64,000 bases of DNA, taken from an uncultured Actinomycetes bacterium (lineage in GTDB: Bacteria; Actinomycetota; UBA4738; HRBIN12). Position numbers and translations under genes: made by a program. The notes beneath the pieces are model-generated. The model saw only the letters and a program-made list of their open reading frames with translations. It did not search any database and had not been told where the DNA came from. The DNA lies in the NCBI GenBank assembly GCA_963713185.1, contig CAVQKV010000007.1, positions 83,440-147,439 of the forward strand, in the 5' to 3' direction. Each line of letters opens with the position of its first letter. The stretch's first letter is position 1. Positions 1-10,809 of the stretch are shown here, piece after piece.

Positions 1-147
1 TACAAGCCGAGCGCCGAGGGTGGGCTCGAGCCCTGGTCGCTCCAGGTCCTCGAGATCTCAGACGGCGCGATCGCCGGGATCAGTTTCTTCCTCGACACCG
101 CGCGCCTGTTCCCCCTGTTCGGGCTCCCGGCCCGGCTCGACGCCTGA
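1..147 (+). CDS. 3' end of an ECF sigma factor (SigJ-like, C-terminal SnoaL-like extension); partial, start lies outside the window
   Basis: Frame 1 translates to ...LEPWSLQVLEISDGAIAGISFFLDTARLFPLFGLPARLDA*. The ...FLDT..LFP.FGLP tail is characteristic of SigJ-type ECF sigma factors. Confidence 0.5.
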   Translation, partial: YKPSAEGGLEPWSLQVLEISDGAIAGISFFLDTARLFPLFGLPARLDA

Positions 148-477
148 GCCGACGCTCCGAGTCTCCCCGCACGGCAGCACCCCGTCGAGACCCATCAGGA
201 TCAGCAGCTCCACGAGCCGCTCGCTCGCACGCCGCAGCTCGACCCGGTGTCCAAGGCGCCGGGCCGTGAGCTGCAGCCTGGCCAAGGCGTCGATCGCGAC
301 CGCGTCCGGGGCGCCGAGCGCACCGACGTCGCACGCCACCGGACCCGGGTCGCAGCCCTCGAGCAGCCTCCGTGCGCGTTCGCAGAGGGACGTGATCCCC
401 TCACGGGCCACCGGTCCGATCAGGATCAGGACGGTACCGCCCGGGCCGGGACGCCAGCGCCGCGCGAACGGCTGCAT
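58..477 (-). CDS. STAS-domain protein (anti-sigma-factor antagonist-like)
   Basis: Minus-strand translation MQPFARRWRPGPGGTVLILIGPVAREGITSLCERARRLLEG...VACDVGALGAPDAVAIDALARLQLTARRLGHRVELRRASERLVELLILMGLDGVLP matches the SpoIIAA/STAS fold pattern. The 3' end overlaps the convergent sigma gene and may be an ORF run-on. Confidence 0.45.
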   Translation of the reverse strand: MQPFARRWRPGPGGTVLILIGPVAREGITSLCERARRLLEGCDPGPVACDVGALGAPDAVAIDALARLQLTARRLGHRVELRRASERLVELLILMGLDGVLPCGETRSVGSGVEPGREPEQGEQARGVEEETDPGDRAV

Positions 478-636
478 CGCGGGTCCGGCCCTTCCGACCA
501 GCGATCTCGACGATCCGTTCTGAGTCATCCCTCCGATCGACCGGACGAGACGGCGGAACTCATCGGGCGCGACCGGTGAGTTCGGCGGGGCCGCACCGTC
601 CCAGCTCTCGAGGAGACGGACAAAGGAGGGTTCGAG

Positions 637-1188
637 ATGCGCAAGATCCAGGCGGGGTTGTTCGTGTCGGTGGACGGCGTCGTCGAGTCGCCGGAGAAGT
701 GGACCTTCCCGTACTTCACGGAGGAGGTGGGGCAGGTCGTCGGGGCGAACATGCAGGCGGCCGACACGCTGCTGCTCGGACGTCGGACGTACGAGGAGTT
801 CGCCGAGTACTGGTCCGACAAGACGAGCGAGGACGATCCCTTCGCCGACTACCTGAACGACACGCCGAAGTTCGTGGCGTCCACCACGCTGACATCGGTG
901 AGCTGGAGGAACTCGACGCTCATCACGGGCGATCTCGCGAAGGGGATCGCGGAGCTCAAACAGCGACCCGGCAAGAACATCGGGATGACGGGCAGCGCCA
1001 CGTTGGTCCGCTGGCTGCTGCACGAGGGCCTGCTCGACGAGCTCGCGCTCCTCGTCTACCCGATCGTCCTCGGGACGGGGAAACGGCTGTTCGAGGACTG
1101 GACCGGCGAGCTGCCGCTGAGGCTCCTCGACTCCCGGGCCTTCGACAACGGGGTCCTGTCGCTCACCTACGGGCACCCGGACGCCTAG
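637..1188 (+). CDS. dihydrofolate reductase family protein (RibD C-terminal-like)
   Basis: 183 aa: MRKIQAGLFVSVDGVVESPEKW...GKRLFED. AAAGGAGGG ribosome-binding site lies 7 nt upstream of the ATG. Confidence 0.85.
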   Translation: MRKIQAGLFVSVDGVVESPEKWTFPYFTEEVGQVVGANMQAADTLLLGRRTYEEFAEYWSDKTSEDDPFADYLNDTPKFVASTTLTSVSWRNSTLITGDLAKGIAELKQRPGKNIGMTGSATLVRWLLHEGLLDELALLVYPIVLGTGKRLFEDWTGELPLRLLDSRAFDNGVLSLTYGHPDA

Positions 1189-1300
1189 TGGGCGGACGCG
1201 GGGACGCGACGGAGGGGCCGGACGCCCAGGGTCGTTCGGCCCCGGTCCCGCCCGGGCACCGGGACGACGATGGCTTCGGAACCTCGCAGGAGGTGCGGCC

Positions 1301-1855
1301 ATGAAAGCCCTCGTCGTCTACGAATCCCTGTTCGGCAACACGGCGGCGATCGGCGAGAGCCTCGCCAGGTCGCTGCGGACCCGCGGGTTCGATGCACACG
1401 CCGCCCCGGTGTCCTCGGTGGACCCGGCCGAGACCACAGAGGTCGATCTCCTGGTGGTCGGTGGGCCGACCCACGCCCACGGCATGAGCTCCGCGGGAAC
1501 GCGGAAGGTCGCGGCGACCGACAAGAAGAACGACTACGCGGACCCGACGGTGGCTCCCGGCCTCCGGACCTGGATCAAGGAGCTCCCCGAGGGCGGCGGC
1601 CGGCTGGCGGCCGCGTTCGACACGCGGTTCGACAAGTCCGTCCTGCTGACGGGGTCGGCCGCCCGAGGGATCGCCCGGCGGCTCGAGTCCAGGGGGTACG
1701 CGCTGGTCACGCGCCCCGAGAGCTTCTTCGTGTCCGAGGACAGCATGCTGATCGACGACCAGCAGGACCACGCCGTCCGGTGGGCCGCCAGCCTGTCCGC
1801 CGCCGCCCACGAGGCGATGCTGCGCCACCAACCAGGATCGGTCGGCACCCGGTAG
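1301..1855 (+). CDS. flavodoxin-domain protein
   Basis: MKALVVYESLFGNTAAIGESLARSL...DLLVVGGPTHAHGMS is a flavodoxin-like signature. AGGAGGTG ribosome-binding site. Confidence 0.8.
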   Translation: MKALVVYESLFGNTAAIGESLARSLRTRGFDAHAAPVSSVDPAETTEVDLLVVGGPTHAHGMSSAGTRKVAATDKKNDYADPTVAPGLRTWIKELPEGGGRLAAAFDTRFDKSVLLTGSAARGIARRLESRGYALVTRPESFFVSEDSMLIDDQQDHAVRWAASLSAAAHEAMLRHQPGSVGTR

Positions 1856-1907
1856 CCGCGCCCGGACGTGCCTCGGTGGGTCCGCGTGACCTGCCGCCAC
1901 CTACCAT

Positions 1908-3751
<1,844 letters not shown>

Positions 3752-3841
3752 GGCACCAGGCCCTGCGGCCCTGGACGAGGTCCGTCCGGGGGCATAGCGT
3801 CGATGGCGCCCGTTCGCGACCGACCTGATCGGAGGCGTCGC

Positions 3842-5375
3842 ATGCGCTCCGCACGCGTCCTGTTCGCCATCGTCCTCCTCGGATCGTCGGCGCTGTTCGG
3901 GCCCACGGCCGCGAGCGCACCGGCGCCGCGAGAGCCGGACGCGAAGTGCGCTGCTGGACCGACGGCGGGGGCGCTCGGCGTGGGCGACGCCTACTACCCC
4001 CGGTACGGCAACGGCGGGTACGACGTGCAGCACTACGACCTCGCGATCCGGTACGGACCTGCGAACAACCACCTGCGCGGTGTCGCGACGATCGACGCCA
4101 ACTCGACGCAGACCCTCAGCTGTTTCAGCCTCGACCTCGTCGGCCTGACCGTGCGGTCGATCACGGTCGACGGGGACCTCGCGACGTGGTCGCGGACCGA
4201 CCACGAGCTGATGGTCACGCCGGAGCAACCGGTGCCGGCGGACACCGGCTTCACGGTCGTCGCGAGCTACGACGGGGTCCCGCGCACGTTCACGATCCCG
4301 GGGTTCGGGGCCTCCGCCGGCTTCATGCCCACGAAGGACGGCGCCATCGTCGCCGGCGAGCCGGAGGCGGCCGCCGCGTGGTTCCCGGTCAACGACCATC
4401 CGGTCGACCGCGCCTCCTACACCTTCCGCATCACGGTTCCGACGGGCTACAGGGTCGTGGCCAACGGGGTGCCGGAGGGCAGGACGACGACCGGCGACTG
4501 GACCACCCACGTGTGGCAGGCTCACGATCCGATGGCGAGCTACCTCGCGACCTTCGATGTCGGCGAATGGGACATGCGGTTCCGCCAGACCGCGTCCGGC
4601 CTGCCGGTCATCGACGCGGTCGATCCCGACGTCGGCAGGGTGAACCGCTCGCTGCGACGGGAGCCCGAGATCGTCTCGTTCCTCGAGAGCCGGTTCGGGC
4701 CGTACCCGTTCGAGTCCGTCGGCGCGATCGTCCCCGACAGCCGTCGGCTCGCGTTCGCCCTCGAGACGCAGACGAGACCGGTCTACTCGCGCTACTTCTT
4801 CCCGTACGGCGGCGACTACGTCATCGTGCACGAACTGGCGCACCAGTGGTTCGGGGACCTCGTCGCCGTCGACCGCTGGGAGCACGTCTGGCTGAACGAG
4901 GGCTTCGCCACGTACGCCGAGTGGCTGTGGAACGAGCACGAGGGCTACGACACCCCGGGGCAGATCTTCCGGGCCCTGTGGCAGGGCATCGGCCGGAGGT
5001 CACCGTTCTGGTGGGTCGTCGTGGGCGATCCCGGGGTGCGGGATCTGTTCGACGGTGCGGTGTACATCCGCGGGGCGATGACCCTGCAGGCGCTCCGCGA
5101 CGAGGTGGGCGACGACGATTTCTGGACGATCCTGCACTCGTGGACCGAGTTGAACGCGTTCGGGACGGGGACGACCGCAGGAGTTCATCGCGCTCTCGGA
5201 GCAGGTCTCCGGCGAGCAACTCGACGACCTGTTCGACCTGTGGCTGTTCACGCCGAGCCGGCCGCCGGCGTCGGCGGTGACGTCCTCCGGCTTCGTCTCC
5301 GTGTCGCCGAAGGTCGCCGAACGCGCCGCCGCCTGGCTCCGGGCGTTCGAGCGACGACCGTCGCCGAACGGCTGA
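3842..5375 (+). CDS. M1-family zinc aminopeptidase (secreted), one frameshift near 5175
   Basis: Signal peptide MRSARVLFAIVLLGSSALFG, HEXXH...E zinc motif (VHELAHQWFGDLV...WLNEGFATY). The true C-terminus QEFIALSEQVSGEQLDDLFDLWLFTPSRP...NG* is in a shifted frame. GGAGG ribosome-binding site before ATG 3842. Confidence 0.8.
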
Positions 5376-5388
5376 GCGCACCCGGTCG

Positions 5389-6372
5389 TCACGGCGCCTC
5401 GAGCGCCTGGGACGGGCGTTCCCGCCGCGCCGCACCGTAGCGATCGTTGAGCTCGGCCGCGATGCGAGCCAGCTCCTCACGCACCTCGGTCGGTCGAAGG
5501 ACCTCGACCGCGCCGCCGAACCCCGCCAGTTCGGCCGCGAGCGTGCGGGCGGACCAGCCACGGATCTCGACGTCGGCCCGCCCCCGGTCCTCTGTCCCTC
5601 GCACCGACAGCCGCGTGCCGAGCACCGCCCGCAGCCACGGGATGGCCTTGGCCGATACGCGGGCGGTGGCGCGGAAGGTCGCGCGCCGCTCGTCGAGCTC
5701 GGCGACGACCGAACGCCAGTGCGCCTCGAGGTCGAATCCGTCCGGCCGCTCCACCGGTTCGTCCGTGAGCGTGACCGACCGCACACGGCTGACGCGGAAC
5801 GTGCGCATCCCGGCCTCGGTGTCCGCGACCAGGTACCAGACCGACGCCTTCGCCACGAGGCCGAGCGGGTGGACCGTGCGCGCGCTCTCGGCCCGATCGG
5901 GGGCCGCGTAGACGATCTCGGCCTGGACACCCTCCACGACCGCCCGCTGCAGGATGTCGAGGTGGGCGGGTGTCGGGACGCGGGTCCGGTCCCAGGTGGT
6001 CGGGTCGATCACCACGGCGGAGGCGGCCGCCTCGGCTTCTGCGCGGAACGGCTCGGGGAGCGCGCGGACGAGCTTGCGCAGGGCGGCCTTGATCTGCGGC
6101 GTCGCCGACGCCGACGGGCCCGCCACCAGGAACAGGGTCCGAGCCTCCGCCGCCGTCAGGCCGCTCAGGTCCGTGCGCGCCCCTCCGAGCAGCGACCAGC
6201 CCCCGCCACGCCCCGGCTGCGAGTAGACGGGGATCCCTGCCATCGCGAGCGCCTCGAGGTCGCGGCGCGCCGTTCGCTCGGAGATCTCGAGCTCCTCGGC
6301 GAGGCCGGCGGCCGTCACCCGTCCTCGGGCCTGGAGGATCAGCAGGACGGCGACGAGGCGGTCGGCTCGCAC
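5389..6372 (-). CDS. YafY-family transcriptional regulator (HTH-WYL-WCX)
   Basis: 327 aa: N-terminal HTH (LVAVLLILQARGRVTAAGLAEELEISERTARRDLEAL), then WYL and C-terminal WCX-like regions. Divergent from the downstream operon. Confidence 0.85.
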   Translation of the reverse strand: MRADRLVAVLLILQARGRVTAAGLAEELEISERTARRDLEALAMAGIPVYSQPGRGGGWSLLGGARTDLSGLTAAEARTLFLVAGPSASATPQIKAALRKLVRALPEPFRAEAEAAASAVVIDPTTWDRTRVPTPAHLDILQRAVVEGVQAEIVYAAPDRAESARTVHPLGLVAKASVWYLVADTEAGMRTFRVSRVRSVTLTDEPVERPDGFDLEAHWRSVVAELDERRATFRATARVSAKAIPWLRAVLGTRLSVRGTEDRGRADVEIRGWSARTLAAELAGFGGAVEVLRPTEVREELARIAAELNDRYGAARRERPSQALEAP

Positions 6373-6470
6373 CGACCGAGGTTCTCACAGAAACCGGCCA
6401 CAGGATGGCCATGTTCCTCCTGCATGATGGCCCCGACGGCTCATCGAAGCGGGGACGGGAGGGCTCAGCC

Positions 6471-6974
6471 ATGGCACAGGCGCAGACGACCGATGACGGA
6501 CGCCACGACTTCGATTTCCTGTTCGGGCGCCGTCGGATCCACAACCGCAAGCTCGTCGACACGCTCGATCTGGCGTGCACCGACTGGGTCGAGTTCGACG
6601 CCGAGGGCGAGGCCCAGCCGATCCTCGGCGGGCTCGGCAATGTCGACCGCTTCTCGGTCCCGGCGATGCCGCCGACCGGCCAGCCCTTCGAGGGGTTCAC
6701 CCTCCGGCTCTTCGATCCGCAGACCGGGCTCTGGCGGATCTGGTGGGCGTCGATCCGCGTCCCCGGGCAGCTCGACCGCCCGGTCGAAGGCCGGTTCGAC
6801 GGCGATCGGGGCGAGTTCCTGTGCGACGACGTGATCGGGGGCAGGCCGGTCACCGTCCGCTACCAGTGGCGGATCGTCTCACCCACGACGAACCTGTGGA
6901 AACAGGCCTTCTCCGGGGACGGCGGCGTAACCTGGCGCCCGAACTGGATCAGCGAAGGGACGCAGATCAGCTGA
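6471..6974 (+). CDS. hypothetical protein (about 167 aa), first gene downstream of the WYL regulator promoter region
   Basis: MAQAQTTDDGRHDFDFLFG...WRIWWASIRVPGQLDRPVEGRFDGDRGEF.... GGGAGGG ribosome-binding site 8 nt upstream of the ATG. No confident family assignment. Confidence 0.55.
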   Translation: MAQAQTTDDGRHDFDFLFGRRRIHNRKLVDTLDLACTDWVEFDAEGEAQPILGGLGNVDRFSVPAMPPTGQPFEGFTLRLFDPQTGLWRIWWASIRVPGQLDRPVEGRFDGDRGEFLCDDVIGGRPVTVRYQWRIVSPTTNLWKQAFSGDGGVTWRPNWISEGTQIS

Positions 6975-6991
6975 CACCCGGCGGGACGCGT

Positions 6992-8095
6992 GTGCTGGGA
7001 CGTCGAGCGCTGAACCGAGCCCTGCTCGAACGTCAGATGCTGCTCCGGCGGCGCCGGGTCGCGGTCCCCGACGCCGTCGAGCGCCTGGTCGGCCTGCAGG
7101 CTCAGGTGCCCCGCGACCCCTACGTCGCGCTGTGGTCGCGCCTGGATCGGTTCCGCCCGGAACGGCTGGTCGAGCCACTCGTCGACCGTCGCGCGGTGCG
7201 GATGGGCCTGCTCCGCGCCACGCTCCACCTCGTCACGGCGCGGGACGCGCTCTCGCTGCGTCCGCTGCTCGAGCCGGTGATGCAGCGGACCCTGTACGGC
7301 CAGAGCCCGTTCGGACGGGCGCTGGCGGGGCTCGACGTCGCCGAGCTGATGGCGTTCGCCACCCGCCTGCTGGAGGAACGCCCGCGCACCCGGGCCGAGC
7401 TCGTGCCTCTCCTCGCCGAGCGCTGGCCGGATCACGACCCAGGCGAGCTCTCCTCCGCCGCGATGTACCTGCTCCCGTTGGTCCAGGTCACCCCGCGCGG
7501 CCTGTGGGGCCGGACCGGGCCGTCCGCGTTCACCACCGTGGAGCGCTGGCTGGGCCGGGGGTTCGAGCCGGCGGGGGAACCCGACCAGATGGTCCTGCGG
7601 TACCTGGCCGCGTTCGGCCCGGCCACGCCCGGCGACGTTCGCTCATGGTCGGGGCTGGCCGGGATGCGGGAGGTGCTCGAACGCCTCCGCCCGCGGCTCC
7701 AGAGTTTCCGCGACGGACGCGGGCGCGAGCTGTTCGACGTCCCCGGTGCGCCGCTCCCCGATCCGGAGACCCCGGCCCCGGTCCGCTTCCTGCCCGAGTA
7801 CGACAACGCGCTGCTCGGCCACGACGACCGCAGCCGCATCGTCACACCCGAGACCAGACCGTGGACCGCGGTCGGCTGGGGCATAGTGCTCGTGGACGGG
7901 TTCTCGGCGGCCAGGTGGAAGATGGAGCGCGCAGGGGACACCGCCACCCTCGGGGTCGAGCCCTTCCGCTCGTTCACACCCGATGAGCGCACGGCGGTCG
8001 CCGACGAGGGCGAACGCCTGCTCGCGTTCCTAGCCCCGGAACCCGCCGAGCGCGCCGTACGCATCGCGCGGCAACTCGTGGCTGACCGGTCGTAG
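6992..8095 (+). CDS. winged-helix DNA-binding protein, HTH_42/YcaQ/AlkZ-like (putative DNA glycosylase family), paralog 1
   Basis: VLGRRALNRALLERQMLL...VERLVGLQAQVPRDPYVALWSRL...LLRATLHLV motif pattern typical of AlkZ-like proteins. GTG start chosen just after the upstream stop codon. Confidence 0.7.
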   Translation: MLGRRALNRALLERQMLLRRRRVAVPDAVERLVGLQAQVPRDPYVALWSRLDRFRPERLVEPLVDRRAVRMGLLRATLHLVTARDALSLRPLLEPVMQRTLYGQSPFGRALAGLDVAELMAFATRLLEERPRTRAELVPLLAERWPDHDPGELSSAAMYLLPLVQVTPRGLWGRTGPSAFTTVERWLGRGFEPAGEPDQMVLRYLAAFGPATPGDVRSWSGLAGMREVLERLRPRLQSFRDGRGRELFDVPGAPLPDPETPAPVRFLPEYDNALLGHDDRSRIVTPETRPWTAVGWGIVLVDGFSAARWKMERAGDTATLGVEPFRSFTPDERTAVADEGERLLAFLAPEPAERAVRIARQLVADRS

Positions 8096-8107
8096 GGTTC
8101 GCTCGCC

Positions 8108-9301
8108 TTGGAACGCATCGGGGTGCGGGAGCGACGGGCGCGTCTGGGCGTCCGCCACCACCTCGCCCGTCCCGCGGCGACGGCCGACGAGGCGGCGGCG
8201 GCGATGGTGGGCCTGCACTCGAGCGACCCGGCGTCCGTGTACCTGTCGGCGCGCGCGCGGGTCGCGGGCTTCGCGCCGGCCGATCTCGAGGACGCGCTCT
8301 ATCGCCGCCGGTCGCTCGTGCGGATGCTCGGGATGCGTCGGACCCTGTTCGTGGTCCCGGTCGATCTCGCGGCGGTCCTGGACGAGGCCTGCACGAAGGC
8401 GCTCGCGCCGGCCGAACGCGCGCGCCTGGTCCGGATGCTCGAGGGTCAGGGGATCGTTCGGAGCGGCCGCGGTGAGCGCTGGCTCCAACGGCTGGCGTCG
8501 GACACGCTCGTTGCCCTGGCCGCGCGCGGAGAGGCCACCGCCCGCGAGCTGACCTCGGACGTTCCTCAGCTTGGCGCGAAGCTGACGTTCGGGGAGGGCA
8601 AGACCTGGGGCGGCACGATGGGCGTGTCCACCCGGGTGCTGTTCCTGCTCGCCGCCGAGGGCAAGGTCGTCCGGGCGCGTCCCCTCGGCACGTGGACGTC
8701 CGGCCAGTACCGGTGGGCGACGACCGAGGCATGGCTCGGGGGGCCGCTCGCCCAGCTCGATCATGCCGACGCCTGCGCCGAGCTCCTCGGCCGGTGGCTC
8801 CGAGCCTTCGGCCCGGTCACGATGACGGACATCCGGTGGTGGACGGGGTGGACGGCCGCGCTCGCGAAGATGACGCTCGCGGCCCTCGACGCCGTCGAGG
8901 TCCGGCTGGAGGATGCTGTGGGCTACCTCCTCGCCGACGATCTCGACCGCGTCGGGGCGGTCGACCCGTGGGTCGCGCTGCTCCCCGGGCTCGATCCCAC
9001 GGTCATGGGCTGGAAGGACCGCGCCTGGTACCTCGGGGACCATGCGGCCGAGCTGTTCGACCGCAACGGGAACGCCGGACCGACGGTGTGGGCCGACGGA
9101 CGGCTGGTCGGTGCCTGGGCGCAGACCGGCACGGGCGACGTGGTGATCGAGCCGATCGGGCGGATCGATGCCGGCACCCGGAAGCGGCTCGACGCCGAGC
9201 GTGAGCGTCTGCGGGACTGGCTCGGGGACGTCCGGATCCGGCCGCGGTTCGGGACCCCGCTGGGCACGGAGCTCGCCCGGCGCTCGTCTCGGAGCGGCTA
9301 G
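8108..9301 (+). CDS. winged-helix DNA-binding protein, HTH_42/YcaQ/AlkZ-like, paralog 2
   Basis: 397 aa: ...AAAMVGLHSSDPASVYLSARARV...SLVRMLGMRRTLFVVP.... Same family as the preceding gene; tandem arrangement. Confidence 0.7.
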   Translation: MERIGVRERRARLGVRHHLARPAATADEAAAAMVGLHSSDPASVYLSARARVAGFAPADLEDALYRRRSLVRMLGMRRTLFVVPVDLAAVLDEACTKALAPAERARLVRMLEGQGIVRSGRGERWLQRLASDTLVALAARGEATARELTSDVPQLGAKLTFGEGKTWGGTMGVSTRVLFLLAAEGKVVRARPLGTWTSGQYRWATTEAWLGGPLAQLDHADACAELLGRWLRAFGPVTMTDIRWWTGWTAALAKMTLAALDAVEVRLEDAVGYLLADDLDRVGAVDPWVALLPGLDPTVMGWKDRAWYLGDHAAELFDRNGNAGPTVWADGRLVGAWAQTGTGDVVIEPIGRIDAGTRKRLDAERERLRDWLGDVRIRPRFGTPLGTELARRSSRSG

Positions 9302-9335
9302 GTCGGCGCCGCCGCGAGCCCTGCGGCGCCGCCCG

Positions 9336-9557
9336 CTATCCCGCCCGGCTGCGCGGCGGTTCCACGGCGAGACTCGCGTACGCCTCGGCGAGATGCTGGA
9401 TCACGAGCGCCAGGTCTTCGCTCTCCGCTCCCGGGACCAGCTTCGCGATCTTGTGCGCGAGCACCTCACGCGCCTTCGCGGCCGCGGCGGCCGCCTTCAC
9501 CTCTGCGTCTTGTGCCGTCATGTGCGAGATCACCTCGAACGGCGATGCTACGCCCAC
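9336..9557 (-). CDS. small hypothetical protein (about 60-73 aa, Ala-rich helical)
   Basis: Open frame on the minus strand, last gene of a three-gene minus-strand run. No homology recognised. Confidence 0.3.
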   Translation of the reverse strand: MGVASPFEVISHMTAQDAEVKAAAAAAKAREVLAHKIAKLVPGAESEDLALVIQHLAEAYASLAVEPPRSRAG

Positions 9558-9593
9558 TCGGGTGGGGCCGCTCCCGATGTCCGACCCAGGGAC

Positions 9594-10193
9594 TCAGGAG
9601 AGCGAACCGCCGAAGTCGCCCGTCACTCGGAGCGACAGGACGCGGTCGGCGTTCGAGGACCGGACGGGCACGTGCACGAAGATGTCGTGCCAGCCGTCCA
9701 TCCCCGGGTGCATCGAGAGCTCGAACGTGAGCAGCGTCGACGCGCCGGACGCCAGGCGATGCGTCCCGAGCGTGAACGGTCCGGGGCAGCACCCCTCACG
9801 CACCTCCGGATGCGGCTCGCCGAGCAGCAACGGCTGCGACGACGTGTTCACGATCGTCCACGACGGTCGCACGGCGACGAGCAGCGGGACGTTGCCCATC
9901 TGCCACGTCGCGCCCTCGACCTCGGCACCGGCGGCGCGAGCGACCCCCGAGGCGCCGCCGGGCGTCTCGATCACCGGCATGCCCATCTCGTTCATCGAGC
10001 CGGTCTTGACGAACGCCTCGGCGCGCCCGGTGCCTTCCGGCGCGGGCGAGCCGCCCAGCGCGGAGGCCATCACGAACGCAACGAGCCCGACGACGGCGAC
10101 GATCCCGAGACCGATCGCGAGCGTGGGTCGCCGAGGCTCCACCGCCTTCCGGTTCCGGGCTCGCTGCTTGGCACGTCGCGCGCTGGTCATCAT
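9594..10193 (-). CDS. hypothetical membrane-anchored protein (single N-terminal transmembrane helix)
   Basis: Basic N-terminus then a hydrophobic helix (PTLAIGLGIVAVVGLVAFVMASALGG), followed by a soluble domain. Confidence 0.5.
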   Translation of the reverse strand: MMTSARRAKQRARNRKAVEPRRPTLAIGLGIVAVVGLVAFVMASALGGSPAPEGTGRAEAFVKTGSMNEMGMPVIETPGGASGVARAAGAEVEGATWQMGNVPLLVAVRPSWTIVNTSSQPLLLGEPHPEVREGCCPGPFTLGTHRLASGASTLLTFELSMHPGMDGWHDIFVHVPVRSSNADRVLSLRVTGDFGGSLS

Positions 10194-10214
10194 CGGCTCC
10201 TTGTCGGTTCGAGG

Positions 10215-10613
10215 TCACGAGAAGCGGTCGATGACCGCGCCGGGTATCGACTCCGGGGGGACGCCCCTGCCGAGCATCCCTCGGATCATCTGCGACTCCT
10301 CGATGCAGATCGCGCAACCCGAGGCGTGCGGTTCCCACCCCGCCCCGTCGGCGTGCAGGAAGCAATCGCGGAGCGAACGGTGGCCGAGCATCGCGTCACA
10401 CCCGCAGAAGCAGGGCACGGTCCCGTACATCGAGCGGTGTGCGCTCGCGAAGTGGTAGTGGCCGGCGATCTCCGCGGACACGGTATCCAGGTCGAGCATG
10501 CCGACACCCATGACTGCTCCGCCGCGGTCGTGCGGCGACATCACCATCACGGCGCCCGTCAGCCCGAGGCCTCCCAGGACCATCGCGGAAACGACGGCGA
10601 TGGCGATCCACAT
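10215..10613 (-). CDS. PCYCGC-motif membrane protein (Cys-rich, putative metal-binding)
   Basis: MWIAIAVVSAMVLGG transmembrane helix, then PCFCGC...CAICIE motifs resembling the PCYCGC family. Confidence 0.55.
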   Translation of the reverse strand: MWIAIAVVSAMVLGGLGLTGAVMVMSPHDRGGAVMGVGMLDLDTVSAEIAGHYHFASAHRSMYGTVPCFCGCDAMLGHRSLRDCFLHADGAGWEPHASGCAICIEESQMIRGMLGRGVPPESIPGAVIDRFS

Positions 10614-10809
10614 CGGGGCACGGTTCGACGCGGTGTCGTGGTCGAGCGGTGCTTCATCCACGGTGGACCGATCCCCTCGTGCGGGTTGTTTGAGGAGTCT
10701 CGGTCGGTCCCTTCGGGCCCCCCACGGTCGAACGACCCCTCCCGTGGGGGACCATCGAAAGCACCCACGGGGTCGCAGCCCACCGACGTGCCTGCTCAAC
10801 CCCGAAGCT

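Noticed and set aside
58-1302. 414-aa minus-strand ORF spanning the DHFR and flavodoxin region
   Set aside because: Only the 3' about 420 nt show protein-like (STAS) content. The rest is Arg/Pro/Ala-rich and antisense to well-supported plus-strand genes, a typical high-GC shadow ORF.
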